Shown: positions 40,102 to 49,866, numbered from the stretch's first letter. The stretch is 64,000 bases of DNA from an uncultured Nitrospina sp. (GCA_964510965.1 CAZECX010000001.1:13582-77581); one strand, 5' to 3'. A program made the numbers and translations. The notes: a model not told the origin generated them from the letters alone.

Positions 40102-42363
40102 TTGATAAATAATAAAAAAAAATATTCCATCTATTTTTCTGGGTTGGTAATTACTTTAGCAGTTTTGTGTGCCTATGTGGTTTTTCCAAATGCATTAACA
40201 CGTCTGGATTATCTATTTCAAAATTTTCATTTCCAACTACGCGGACCCATTAAACCTACGTCCAATATTGTTATCGGAAGAATTGATGAAAAAAGTATAG
40301 ATACTTTGGGAAGATGGCCCTGGCCGCGATCGACTTTTGCAAAAATCACTGAAAACCTTTCAAGCTTGAATGCCAAGGTAATTGCTTATGATGTTATTTT
40401 TTCATCTCCTGAAAAATTTCCATCGGAAGAGAATTTGATTGAGCTGGATAAACTGATCTCGGAAAATTCTTCCGCCAAAAATTATTTAAAGAATCTAATA
40501 AACCAAAACAACCCCGACGAAGTTTTTTCAAAAACTCTTTCAGATGGAAGCCCAACGGTTCTGGGTTATTTTTTCCATTTTTCTCCTGATGGTCTTGACC
40601 ATCTTTCTGAGGAGCAACGTCATCAATTTTTTAAAGACATAAAAAAATCACAGTTCAGAGGATTTTTAAAATCCAACGCGGATTTGGATATTTCCCATCT
40701 CCCCTTTCCAAAAGCTTTTGCAATTGAATCTAACCTGGCTATTTTTTCTGATTCCGCATCCGGTTCCGGTTACTTGACTTTTAATGTGGACCTCGATGGC
40801 ATGATCCGACGTTTGCCCTTAATGGTGCGCTATCACGACAGCATCTCTAAAAAGGATTTTTACTTTCCTCCTCTCTCTTTACGAATTCTCGAAACTTATT
40901 TGGATGGGAATTTACTTTTCAGGGTGGGCGAAGGGGGAATGGAAGAAGTCATAATGGATGCGGATGAATCGGTAATCATACCCACAAACTCCAAAGGCGA
41001 ACTGGAAATAAATCATCTTGGGCCTAGAGGGACATTCTCCAGTTTTTCTATCAGCGATCTTTTAAAACCCGAAAAACTATCGGAGCTCAAAGACAAAATA
41101 CAAGGGAATATTGTGTTGATCGGTGCAACTGCGACAGCACTGGAAGATTTAAGGTCAACCCCTTTTGACCCCATCCTGCCGGGGGTGGAAATTCACGCAA
41201 CAATATTGGATAATTTTTTCAATAAATCGTTCCTCTCCCAAGCTTCTCCACTTTACGATTTACTTTTAATAATTATTACGGGGATTTTATGCACCCTTAT
41301 CTACTCCCAAATCAAACCCGTCTCAGGCCTCATCTTTTGGGTATTGAGCAGTGGGCTATTATTTCTTTTAAGTCATTGGACTTTTGTTGAAAAAGGTTTC
41401 TGGTTAACCGATATTTATCCGTTTTTCACCAATACTGGAATAGCAGCTTTAATAATGATTGATCATTTTATGCGTGAAGAAAAACAAACAAAATTTATTA
41501 AAGAGGTTTTTGGACAATATCTATCTCCCCGGGTTGTAAAAGATTTATTAGCAGATCCATCAAGGTTAAAACTGGGGGGTGAGCAAAAAATACTCACCGC
41601 ATTTTTTACTGACCTGGCCAACTTCACCACATTTTCAGAAAAACTATCAGCCGAAGAGCTGGTATCGCTGCTAAACAGCTATTTCACTGAAATGACAGAC
41701 ATCTTGATTGAAAATGATGGAACGCTGGATCGTTATGATGGTGATGCAATCAAAGCCTTCTTTGGAGCCCCCTTATACTTTGAAGATCATGCCAAACGTG
41801 CCTGCTGGACCTGCATTGAAATGCAGGAAAGACTCAGTGAATTGAGAAAAGAATATAAGGAACAGGGAAAACCAGAACTGGTAATGCGGGTAGGTATCAA
41901 CACCGGAGAAATGGTTGTAGGTAATATGGGTTCAAGCACTCGCATGAATTACGGTATGAACGGAGATTCCGTAAACCTGGCCGCCCGTCTTGAAGGAGCC
42001 AACAAACAATACGGGACCTGCACCCTTATAAGTGAATTTACTTACCAGGAAGCGAAAGATTTTATTGAGGTGAGAGAACTCGATACCCTTCGCGTTGTCG
42101 GTCGTTCCACGCCTATAAAAATTTATGAGTTGCTGGGGAAAAAAGGCAGTCAAAATTTTCCAATCGGCTTACCGGATTATTTGGAAGGCCTGAAAAACTA
42201 CAAAGCCCAGAAATGGCAGGCCGCTATTGAGAGCTTTAAAAGAGCCTTAAAAGCTAATCCTGAAGATGGCCCATCACAAACTTATTTGGAGCGCTGCAAA
42301 ATATTCATGGAAGCTTCCCCAGGAGAAGGTTGGGATGGAGTTTTTAACTTGACCAAAAAGTAA
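40102..42363 (+). CDS. CHASE2-sensor class III adenylate/guanylate cyclase
   Basis: 753 aa. TM1, a periplasmic region of about 340 aa (GRWPWPRS is a CHASE2 hallmark), 3 TM helices, then the cyclase domain (FFTDLANFT, YDGDAIKAFFGAP, GDSVNLAARLEG) and a TPR-like tail. TTG start as in the ORF track. Confidence 0.85.
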   Translation: MINNKKKYSIYFSGLVITLAVLCAYVVFPNALTRLDYLFQNFHFQLRGPIKPTSNIVIGRIDEKSIDTLGRWPWPRSTFAKITENLSSLNAKVIAYDVIFSSPEKFPSEENLIELDKLISENSSAKNYLKNLINQNNPDEVFSKTLSDGSPTVLGYFFHFSPDGLDHLSEEQRHQFFKDIKKSQFRGFLKSNADLDISHLPFPKAFAIESNLAIFSDSASGSGYLTFNVDLDGMIRRLPLMVRYHDSISKKDFYFPPLSLRILETYLDGNLLFRVGEGGMEEVIMDADESVIIPTNSKGELEINHLGPRGTFSSFSISDLLKPEKLSELKDKIQGNIVLIGATATALEDLRSTPFDPILPGVEIHATILDNFFNKSFLSQASPLYDLLLIIITGILCTLIYSQIKPVSGLIFWVLSSGLLFLLSHWTFVEKGFWLTDIYPFFTNTGIAALIMIDHFMREEKQTKFIKEVFGQYLSPRVVKDLLADPSRLKLGGEQKILTAFFTDLANFTTFSEKLSAEELVSLLNSYFTEMTDILIENDGTLDRYDGDAIKAFFGAPLYFEDHAKRACWTCIEMQERLSELRKEYKEQGKPELVMRVGINTGEMVVGNMGSSTRMNYGMNGDSVNLAARLEGANKQYGTCTLISEFTYQEAKDFIEVRELDTLRVVGRSTPIKIYELLGKKGSQNFPIGLPDYLEGLKNYKAQKWQAAIESFKRALKANPEDGPSQTYLERCKIFMEASPGEGWDGVFNLTKK

Positions 42364-42419
42364 TTAATAATTAATGTAACGCATACTGCAGCTGTTTTTA
42401 CTTTGAAGAGATTCTATTA

Positions 42420-44522
42420 ATGAATGCAAGGACAACATTAGATGTCTTTAATGAAATAGATTTTCTAAGAGACCTGCCCGGGTTAAATTTTCTCCACGAA
42501 AATGCAAATATTGGAAGATACCAAAAAGGAGATTTCCTGTTTAGAGAAGGGGAAACCGGAGATACCATGTACGTGATTACCGATGGGTGTCTGGAGGTAT
42601 TCAAAGAAAACCGCATCATAGCCAAAAGAACCAAGGGGGAATACCTCGGTGAAATGGCCCTTTTGGGAAATAAAATTCGATCCGCTTCTGTTAAAGCCAC
42701 AACCGATGTTCAAACAATTGAAATCCATGAAAAACATTTTTTAGAATTTTTATCCCTTAATCCTCAGGCCTTTTTACCCCTATTCCAAACTCTTGCCCAT
42801 CGATGGAAAGAGGACTTGGAAAAAATTGATTCTGACAATCTTGAGTTAAAAAAACAAATTCAGTTAAACAGTAGGTATTCTCGCCTCTTAGACGACACCT
42901 TCAACGAAATTTATATTCTTGAAAAAGAAACATATCGAATTCTTCAAGCAAATTCCAAAGCTATTCAAAATCTTGGCTTCACCCACGAAGAATTGAATAA
43001 AACAGTCTTTAGCGATGTATTTGAAAATTTGAAATTGAATGAATTAAAAGAATTATTCGCAACCCTGATTGATAAAAAACAAGTTCAAGTTTCCTTTGAA
43101 AGTGAGAGTAAAAGAAAGGATGGCACAACCTATCCTGTCGAAATACGCATTCAATATTTTGAACTCGAAGATCCCCCGCTGATCTATGCCATTGTCGAAG
43201 ATATCTCAGACAAAAAAGCAATGGAACTGCACATTAAGAAGCTGGCCTTTTACGACACTTTAACCCAATTACCTAATCGAAACTTAATCCGAGATCGTTT
43301 GGAAATCATGCTACCCCGCGCGCAAAGATCAAATTCCAAGGTGGCTGTTTTATCCATGGATTTAGACAACTTTAAATCAATAAATGATTCCCTTGGACAT
43401 GAAGCGGGAGATCAGTTTTTAATCCAAGTGGCGAATCGCTTTGAAGGGATCCTGCGTAAAGAGGATACATTCGGACGTTTGGGTGGTGATGATTTTGTTA
43501 TTCTTCTCCCCAATCTAGAAGATGAATACTTTCCAGCAAAAATGGCGCAACGTGTCCTTGAAATTATGGAGCGGCCCTTCGAATTACAGGAAAAACTATT
43601 TCACTGCAACTTTAGTATTGGAATTGCAATGTTCCCGGATAATGGCAAGGATGTTGAAACAATTTTTAAGAATTCAAACATTGCAATGTATCAGGCCAAA
43701 AAAAATGGTGGCCATACTTACCATATATATGAATCTTCTATGCATGACAAAATCATATCGCGATTGGCTATGGAGCAGAATTTGTGGAATGCAATTAAAA
43801 ATAAAGAATTTAAAATGCATTATCAACCCAAGGTCAACCTGAAAACCGGATTGATTGAAGGATTAGAAGCTCTTATTCGCTGGCCGCAACCAAGTGGTAA
43901 AAATATCTCCCCAGCAGTATTCATTCCCCTTGCCGAGGAAAGCCGACTCATTCATAAAATATGGGATTGGACCCTAGAAACCACATGCGGTCAAATCCAG
44001 GAGTGGTGCCACTTATACGGGAAAGGCATAAAAGTAGGAGTTAACCTGTCGGGCAGACAGTTTGAGCAACCGGACTTAGTTGAAAAAATTAAAAATGTTG
44101 TAATAGCGGAGGGAATCCATCCCAAGTTCCTGGAAATTGAAGTTACTGAAACCGCAGTTATGGCAAATATAAAGGCGGCCATCGATGTATTGGATCAACT
44201 CCGAGATTTCGGGGTCCAAATATCTCTTGACGATTTCGGTTCCGGATATACCTCTCTGGGCTATTTGAAAAAACTCCCCATTAACACCTTGAAAATTGAT
44301 CAATCTTTTATTCGCGATTGTACGGACACCAGCAATTTGGCGATTATTCAGGGCATCATTACCATTTCAAAAAAAATGGGATTTAAAACAATTGCTGAGG
44401 GAGTAGAAATGCAAGATCAGCACGATTTATTAAAGAGTCTTGAGTGCGATCAGTTCCAAGGTTATCTGTGCAGTAAGGCACTCCCGCCTGAAGAAATCGC
44501 TCGTTTAATTTGGCTCGATTGA
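42420..44522 (+). CDS. cNMP-binding / PAS / GGDDF / EAL protein (predicted c-di-GMP phosphodiesterase)
   Basis: 700 aa. cNMP cassette GEYLGEMALLGNKIRSA, a PAS domain, then GGDDF (aa 355-359, nt 43482-43496) with RKED I-site. The EAL set is fully canonical (EALIR, NLS, EVTE, DDFGSGYTSL, KIDQSF, EGVE, QGY). Confidence 0.85.
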   Translation: MNARTTLDVFNEIDFLRDLPGLNFLHENANIGRYQKGDFLFREGETGDTMYVITDGCLEVFKENRIIAKRTKGEYLGEMALLGNKIRSASVKATTDVQTIEIHEKHFLEFLSLNPQAFLPLFQTLAHRWKEDLEKIDSDNLELKKQIQLNSRYSRLLDDTFNEIYILEKETYRILQANSKAIQNLGFTHEELNKTVFSDVFENLKLNELKELFATLIDKKQVQVSFESESKRKDGTTYPVEIRIQYFELEDPPLIYAIVEDISDKKAMELHIKKLAFYDTLTQLPNRNLIRDRLEIMLPRAQRSNSKVAVLSMDLDNFKSINDSLGHEAGDQFLIQVANRFEGILRKEDTFGRLGGDDFVILLPNLEDEYFPAKMAQRVLEIMERPFELQEKLFHCNFSIGIAMFPDNGKDVETIFKNSNIAMYQAKKNGGHTYHIYESSMHDKIISRLAMEQNLWNAIKNKEFKMHYQPKVNLKTGLIEGLEALIRWPQPSGKNISPAVFIPLAEESRLIHKIWDWTLETTCGQIQEWCHLYGKGIKVGVNLSGRQFEQPDLVEKIKNVVIAEGIHPKFLEIEVTETAVMANIKAAIDVLDQLRDFGVQISLDDFGSGYTSLGYLKKLPINTLKIDQSFIRDCTDTSNLAIIQGIITISKKMGFKTIAEGVEMQDQHDLLKSLECDQFQGYLCSKALPPEEIARLIWLD

Positions 44523-45314
44523 TCAGGAAGATTCAGGAGATTCCTCATCGAGGGTGCGGTGGTATTCCTGTAGAATTGCATCCTGTGTTTTTTGATCGGC
44601 TGATTTGTAAATTCGAATGGTTTCAAAATGTTGACTCTGCTGCACTCTCAACAGCTTAAGTCGCATCAATTCAAGAATGGCAAGAAAGGTCACTATAATT
44701 TCCTGTTTGCTATTTAAAACAGTAAAAAATGATTCAAAGGTAACGCTATCTGATGAATTCAATATATCTAAAATATATTGCATTCGATCGGTGACCGACA
44801 TTTCAGTAATTTCAATTTCGTAATCTTTTTCAAAAGATTTCGTATCTAAAATTTTCTGGTACGCCTGGAAAAGATCGAACACAGTCGCATCTACCAACTC
44901 GCGATTTTCAGAGCTTTCTTCTATTTCTATTTCACCACCACGGGAGAATACCTGCTGGCGGTCGTGTTCTTTCATTCGCAACTCAAATGCAGCATCGCGA
45001 TAACGCTGATATTCGCGAAGGCGACGCATCAGTTCCGCGCGAGGGTCTTCCCCTCCTCCCAAATCAGCTTCCTCATCGGTTTCAGGAGCTGGCAATAATA
45101 CTTTCGACTTGATCCGAGTCAGCTCTGCGGCCATGACCAAATACTCTCCCACCAGTTCCAAATTCATCTCCTGCATCATTTCAAGATAATCCATATACTG
45201 CCGGGTGATCTCTGCGATGGGGATATCGTAAATATCCATCTTTTGTTCTTTTAAAAGATGGAGCAAAAGGTCCAATGGACCTTCAAAGATTTTAAGTTTA
45301 CATTGATAAGTCAT
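44523..45314 (-). CDS. scpA: Segregation and condensation protein A
   Basis: FEGPLDLLLHLLKEQKMDIYDIPIAEITRQY is the ScpA/kleisin N-terminus. 263 aa. Confidence 0.8.
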   Translation of the reverse strand: MTYQCKLKIFEGPLDLLLHLLKEQKMDIYDIPIAEITRQYMDYLEMMQEMNLELVGEYLVMAAELTRIKSKVLLPAPETDEEADLGGGEDPRAELMRRLREYQRYRDAAFELRMKEHDRQQVFSRGGEIEIEESSENRELVDATVFDLFQAYQKILDTKSFEKDYEIEITEMSVTDRMQYILDILNSSDSVTFESFFTVLNSKQEIIVTFLAILELMRLKLLRVQQSQHFETIRIYKSADQKTQDAILQEYHRTLDEESPESS

Positions 45315-45405
45315 TTAATTAACCAACGGTTTGTAAATTGCGATGCATTATAGGATGGTTTGTTTTTGAAAACACTTAAATTCAGGAAACACTTTTTATA
45401 TCTTT

Positions 45406-46137
45406 TTATTTAATATCACCCCATTTGGATTGCAGCAGTGACAAAACCACCAGAGGCGCAGTTTCTGCCCGAAATATTCTGGGCCCCAATCCCAATGCAT
45501 GAAAACCATAGCTGCGGGCTGTTTCAACCTCTTCTAGTGTGAAACCCCCTTCCGGGCCTATCAAGACACTCGCAGAGCTGGGCGCTGTTTCAGGATTAAT
45601 ATCCTTCAAACCTTTTTCCTTTTCCAGCTCCCAGAATATCAACTTCAAATCCGAATCGCTTGCCTGCTGACAAAATGTTTCCAGTTTGACAGCGCTTTCT
45701 GAAATTTTAGGAATGGAACTAAGACCACATTGCTTTGAACTTTCTTCCGCAATTTTTTTCCAACGAACAATCTTTTTACTACTATCGCTTTTTGTCACCG
45801 TGCGTTCTGTTATTAGGGGGCTTAAGGTATGCACACCCAACTCTACCGACTTCCTTACGATGACATCAAACCCGTTTCCTTTAATTATGGATTGCCCAAG
45901 ATGAATCTTTAAAGGGGACTCCGTATCAATTTTTTCAGACAATAAGATTTCCCCTTTTATCGATTTGCTTTTCAAATCTGCAATCCTAACTAAATGGACA
46001 GATCCCTCCCCATCTAAAACCTGGATTTTATCTCCCGCTTTTAGCCGGAGAACTGTGCGAATGTGGCTGGCATCTGAACCTTGAAGGGTTACCAAGTTAT
46101 TTGAAAAGTTTTCTTTTTCTGCAAAAAAACGATGCAT
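45406..46137 (-). CDS. rsmE: 16S rRNA (uracil1498-N3)-methyltransferase
   Basis: MHRFF N-terminus, PUA-like region, C-terminal IGPEGGFTLEEVE SPOUT knot motif. Confidence 0.8.
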   Translation of the reverse strand: MHRFFAEKENFSNNLVTLQGSDASHIRTVLRLKAGDKIQVLDGEGSVHLVRIADLKSKSIKGEILLSEKIDTESPLKIHLGQSIIKGNGFDVIVRKSVELGVHTLSPLITERTVTKSDSSKKIVRWKKIAEESSKQCGLSSIPKISESAVKLETFCQQASDSDLKLIFWELEKEKGLKDINPETAPSSASVLIGPEGGFTLEEVETARSYGFHALGLGPRIFRAETAPLVVLSLLQSKWGDIK

Positions 46138-46866
46138 TTATATAGCGGGTGAGCCCAATTGCAATAAATCTTCCAGCGAATGCAACTCAAAATCAGGTTC
46201 ACTATCTATAGAAATATTTTTCCGCTCTCTGTTTACCCATGCACTTTTCATTCCCACATTTTGTGCTCCGATAACATCCAAGGATAAACTATCACCTACA
46301 AAAAGGATTTCTTCAGGCTCCAAGCTGAATCTCTCTATTGCCAATTCAAAAATTGAAGGATGGGGTTTCCTATAGGGAGTGTCAGAGGAATATATTGCGA
46401 AATCAAAGAAAGGTTTTAATCCCGTCACCTGCATTTCATTCTCTTTCATAAATCCTGGGTTAGTGGTATTAGATACCACTCCCATTCGCACGCCTATTTT
46501 TTTTAAAGAGTGGAGCACAGACATCACTTCTGGATATAATTTTCTTTCCGAATAAACTTCCAAATAATAGATCTCGAGAAGTTTTTTCAAAGTGATCTCC
46601 TGATTTAATGGGATATCAAATTGGCCTATTAATTTTTGAAGGACGGTTTCAAAGCGAGCTTCCTGATTTGTCGTGCGTGAATTTTCAATCATGGGATGGA
46701 AAATTTTTCTCGAACTGTCGAGAAACTCCTCAAAATCAGGCAAAGAAAAATTTTTGCTGCTTAGATATGTAAATACTTTTTGCAATGGTTTGCGATCATC
46801 TTCTTCACCCAAGTCAACCAATGTATAAGCCCAATCAAAGCCAATTCCTTTAAAGGGAAAATTCAT
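46138..46866 (-). CDS. HAD-superfamily hydrolase
   Basis: Motif I IGFDWAYTLVD (lacks the second Asp, as in 2-haloacid-dehalogenase-like members), motif II VVSNT, motif IV FVGDSLSLD. Confidence 0.7.
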   Translation of the reverse strand: MNFPFKGIGFDWAYTLVDLGEEDDRKPLQKVFTYLSSKNFSLPDFEEFLDSSRKIFHPMIENSRTTNQEARFETVLQKLIGQFDIPLNQEITLKKLLEIYYLEVYSERKLYPEVMSVLHSLKKIGVRMGVVSNTTNPGFMKENEMQVTGLKPFFDFAIYSSDTPYRKPHPSIFELAIERFSLEPEEILFVGDSLSLDVIGAQNVGMKSAWVNRERKNISIDSEPDFELHSLEDLLQLGSPAI

Positions 46867-47116
46867 TTCTTACCTGCTGTTATTGTAAAAAGAGAGGTAG
46901 GGTTTGGGGGAAGCATCGAACGGATTAAAAGGCTATAAACATATATAAATCAATTAGAAAACATGTTAACCAGAGGTCAACCTATGGACTGGTTTGTACC
47001 ATATTAAAAACAATTATAGCGAATAGGAATCTTACCTTGACCTATTGGCTTGCTCACATAATAATACTAACATAATCAGTAAATAAGCTGAAACTAAAGG
47101 ATGACTTGTTAAACCG

Positions 47117-47656
47117 ATGATCCCTGATAATGTAAAAAAGATCCCGAAAAGTATTCGTTCCAATCAGGAGCTTATTCAGGAAGCTCTGGACTTGGGTTGT
47201 GAAAAAGCAAAAGTAGTTTTAACTCAAACCATTTCCTTGGCTCACTGGGCTACGCTTCATTGTCAGTTTGGTTGTTCGCAATATGCAAAACTTCTTACCT
47301 GCCCTCCTTGCACTCCCGATTCAGAAGAAATGGCCGAAATTCTCAATGAATATGAAAAGGCTCTTCTTATTAACGCGAATCCTGATGCTAACGTGCAAGA
47401 AATTGTTGTTCGTTTAGAAAACAGCTTCAAACAAAAGGGATATTATAAAGCCTTCGCTTTAGGTGCTCAACCTTGTGACCTTTGCAATCCTTGCACTGTC
47501 TCGACCCATTGTCAGTATCCAGAAAAGGCCCGCCCCACCCTTCAAGCATGTGGAATCGATGTAAAAACCACCGTAGATAAAAATGGCTGGACAGACCTTG
47601 CTCAGCACAAGCCCTGTTCCGAGTCTCATACCATAGGAATGGTCCTCCTAGGCTAA
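47117..47656 (+). CDS. Cys-rich predicted metal-binding protein (DUF2284-like)
   Basis: 179 aa. CQFGCSQYAKLLTCPPCTP and CDLCNPC...C motifs, which I recall as typical of DUF2284. Confidence 0.5.
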   Translation: MIPDNVKKIPKSIRSNQELIQEALDLGCEKAKVVLTQTISLAHWATLHCQFGCSQYAKLLTCPPCTPDSEEMAEILNEYEKALLINANPDANVQEIVVRLENSFKQKGYYKAFALGAQPCDLCNPCTVSTHCQYPEKARPTLQACGIDVKTTVDKNGWTDLAQHKPCSESHTIGMVLLG

Positions 47657-47784
47657 CTTGTTTTCTAAATCCGGCCCTTTCACATATGAAAAACTTATTG
47701 ATTTTATTGGTTTATCAAATTTTCATTTACACCTAATGAAGCAGGCGGTATAATAAAACACCAATTCAGGAGAGGACATATTTT

Positions 47785-48162
47785 ATGAATTCCATCGAAT
47801 CGTTGATGACCACACCCGTGATAAGTATTTATTCTGAAGCCACAGCTCAAGAAGCAGCCCAACTCATGAAGGAAAAAGGGATAGGCTCGCTTTTAATTAA
47901 GGGCTATGAAGGTTACGTAGGAATTATTGTGGAAAGAGATCTGGTTTACAATGTTGTGGGGGAAGGATTGAACCCAAGCACCACTCCACTATCATCCATA
48001 ATGACCGAGTCTATTTTATCCATTGAAAAAAATGCCTCAAGTTTAGATGCTGGCATTCTGATGCTGGAATACAAAATCAATCACCTTGCAATAACTGAAA
48101 ATGAAGAAATAGTAGGAATTTTATCGGTCAAAGATTTGGTGCAAAAGAAAGAAACTGCATAA
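47785..48162 (+). CDS. CBS-pair domain protein
   Basis: 125 aa. Two CBS motifs (GIGSLLIKGYEGYVGIIVERDL and HLAITENEEIVGILSVKDL). Confidence 0.7.
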   Translation: MNSIESLMTTPVISIYSEATAQEAAQLMKEKGIGSLLIKGYEGYVGIIVERDLVYNVVGEGLNPSTTPLSSIMTESILSIEKNASSLDAGILMLEYKINHLAITENEEIVGILSVKDLVQKKETA

Positions 48163-48174
48163 CAAGATTCCTTA

Positions 48175-49407
48175 TTATTGTTTTGGCCAAGAAAGCGTTG
48201 TCCCCTTCCCCACGACTTTATTTAGTTCCTGAAGGTCCACCCCATTAATTCCTAAGAAATAAAGAATCAATTTTAAATCATGCAGATTGATACTGGCCTG
48301 TGCTTGGCGTTGAACAATAGGCTTTGCATTAAAGGCAATTCCCAAGCCTGCTTTCGCAAGCATTTTTATATCGTTGGCACCATCCCCTACTGCGACCACT
48401 TGCCGAAGCGAAAATCCCTCTTTTTCTGCAAGAGAAACCAATGCATTTTCTTTCGCTTGCGCATCAATGATTTCTCCTTCCAATTCTCCTGTGACCATGC
48501 CATTTTCAATCGTTAGTTGATTTGCAATACCATAATCCAATCCATAGCGATTACAAAGTTTTTCGATAAAAAAGTCGAAGCCGCCACTGACCAAAGCTAT
48601 TTTATATCCCAGATGTTTTAAAATCCTTACCAAATTTTCAGCGCCAGAAGTGAGCGGCAGATTGTCAGAAAGCTCCTCCAAAGCAGTTACGGGTAGGCCT
48701 TTCAAAATACCAACCCGTTCTCTCAGGGCTGTTTTAAAATCTATTTCACCGCTCATCGCCTGACGGGTAATGTTGGCCATTTTTTCACCCTGTCCGGCAA
48801 GTTTACCTAATTCATCTATTACCTCGCATTGCAAGAAAGTCATGTCAGCATCAAAAACAATCAACCTTTTGTTGCGTCGGAAATAGGTTTCCTCTTGCAC
48901 TGCGATATCAACTCGATAATGTTCTTTGAAACGTACCAGAGCATTTAAAACATCTTCTGTTGAATGAGCTTTGCTGGTTCCAATAACGAATTCCAAGACA
49001 TGAATATCCCCCGAGTCCAGCTGCTCAATTCGCAGAATATTTATTTCAAGGTCAGCAAAGGTTTTCGTAATCTCCAAAAATGCTGTGGAAGGAAAGGTTG
49101 CACAAAGTAAGGTAACAACAGATCGATAGGGATAAGGAGCGTCCGTCTGAGACCCTTGCTGCCAGGGATAGATGGCTACCTTAAAATTTCTCTGCTCAGC
49201 ATACTTTGCCAGAGCTTCTTTTAAGGGAGAGATTAAACTTTCATCGTCTTCATCAAGCAGAATAGAAAGATTGAGCATTCCATTAAAAACAAACTGCTTG
49301 ATATCCACCACATTCCAGCCCACATCAACAATAAAGGCTAGAGTTTCAGCCAGGATACCTGGCCGATCTTGGGCTGTGACTTGGATATGTAGGGAGGATC
49401 GGGCCAT
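48175..49407 (-). CDS. serB: Phosphoserine phosphatase with N-terminal ACT domains
   Basis: N-terminal ACT (VTAQDRPGILAETLAFI), then HAD motifs FDADMTF, VSGG and GDGANDIKML. Confidence 0.85.
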   Translation of the reverse strand: MARSSLHIQVTAQDRPGILAETLAFIVDVGWNVVDIKQFVFNGMLNLSILLDEDDESLISPLKEALAKYAEQRNFKVAIYPWQQGSQTDAPYPYRSVVTLLCATFPSTAFLEITKTFADLEINILRIEQLDSGDIHVLEFVIGTSKAHSTEDVLNALVRFKEHYRVDIAVQEETYFRRNKRLIVFDADMTFLQCEVIDELGKLAGQGEKMANITRQAMSGEIDFKTALRERVGILKGLPVTALEELSDNLPLTSGAENLVRILKHLGYKIALVSGGFDFFIEKLCNRYGLDYGIANQLTIENGMVTGELEGEIIDAQAKENALVSLAEKEGFSLRQVVAVGDGANDIKMLAKAGLGIAFNAKPIVQRQAQASINLHDLKLILYFLGINGVDLQELNKVVGKGTTLSWPKQ

Positions 49408-49410
49408 ACA

Positions 49411-49866
49411 TTAAGCTTGCGGTTTGTACCGCCATCCTTCCCTTTTTTTACAGGTCCACCCATCATTGATCTGGAACGTAGAAAGGTTATCCAAAGTTTC
49501 AGAACTAAACAATGCGACTATGCCTTCGCCTTCTATCGGATTATCTTTTAAGTGGAGTCTTTTCAGTTTACTAAGAAATTTTGCCTTCGCCAGATTTTCT
49601 AAACCTCTATCACTGATACCATTTTTGTTTAAATTCAAATACTGTATATTTTCAAGCAAAGGGCAATCCACCAAATCTTGAACCCCCTTATCACCCAGAT
49701 TATTGTCATCCAGATCAAGCCAGCTGACTTCTTTCATTTTTGGTGACTCCCATAACAACTTGGCTTCTTCAGGAGTAAGACCCTTGCCGCTCAACATCAA
49801 TTGGTTGCCACGCAGGCGACCTTCAAAAATCATTTCAACGCTTTCAAATCTTGTTTCCTGAGACAT
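49411..49866 (-). CDS. Cytoplasmic leucine-rich-repeat (RNI-like) protein
   Basis: 151 aa, no signal peptide. Repeats of 28 aa: LDLDDNNLGDKGVQDLVD..., LNLNKNGISDRGLENLAKA..., LHLKDNPIEGEGIVALF. Its stop lies 3 nt from the serB start. Confidence 0.6.
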   Translation of the reverse strand: MSQETRFESVEMIFEGRLRGNQLMLSGKGLTPEEAKLLWESPKMKEVSWLDLDDNNLGDKGVQDLVDCPLLENIQYLNLNKNGISDRGLENLAKAKFLSKLKRLHLKDNPIEGEGIVALFSSETLDNLSTFQINDGWTCKKREGWRYKPQA

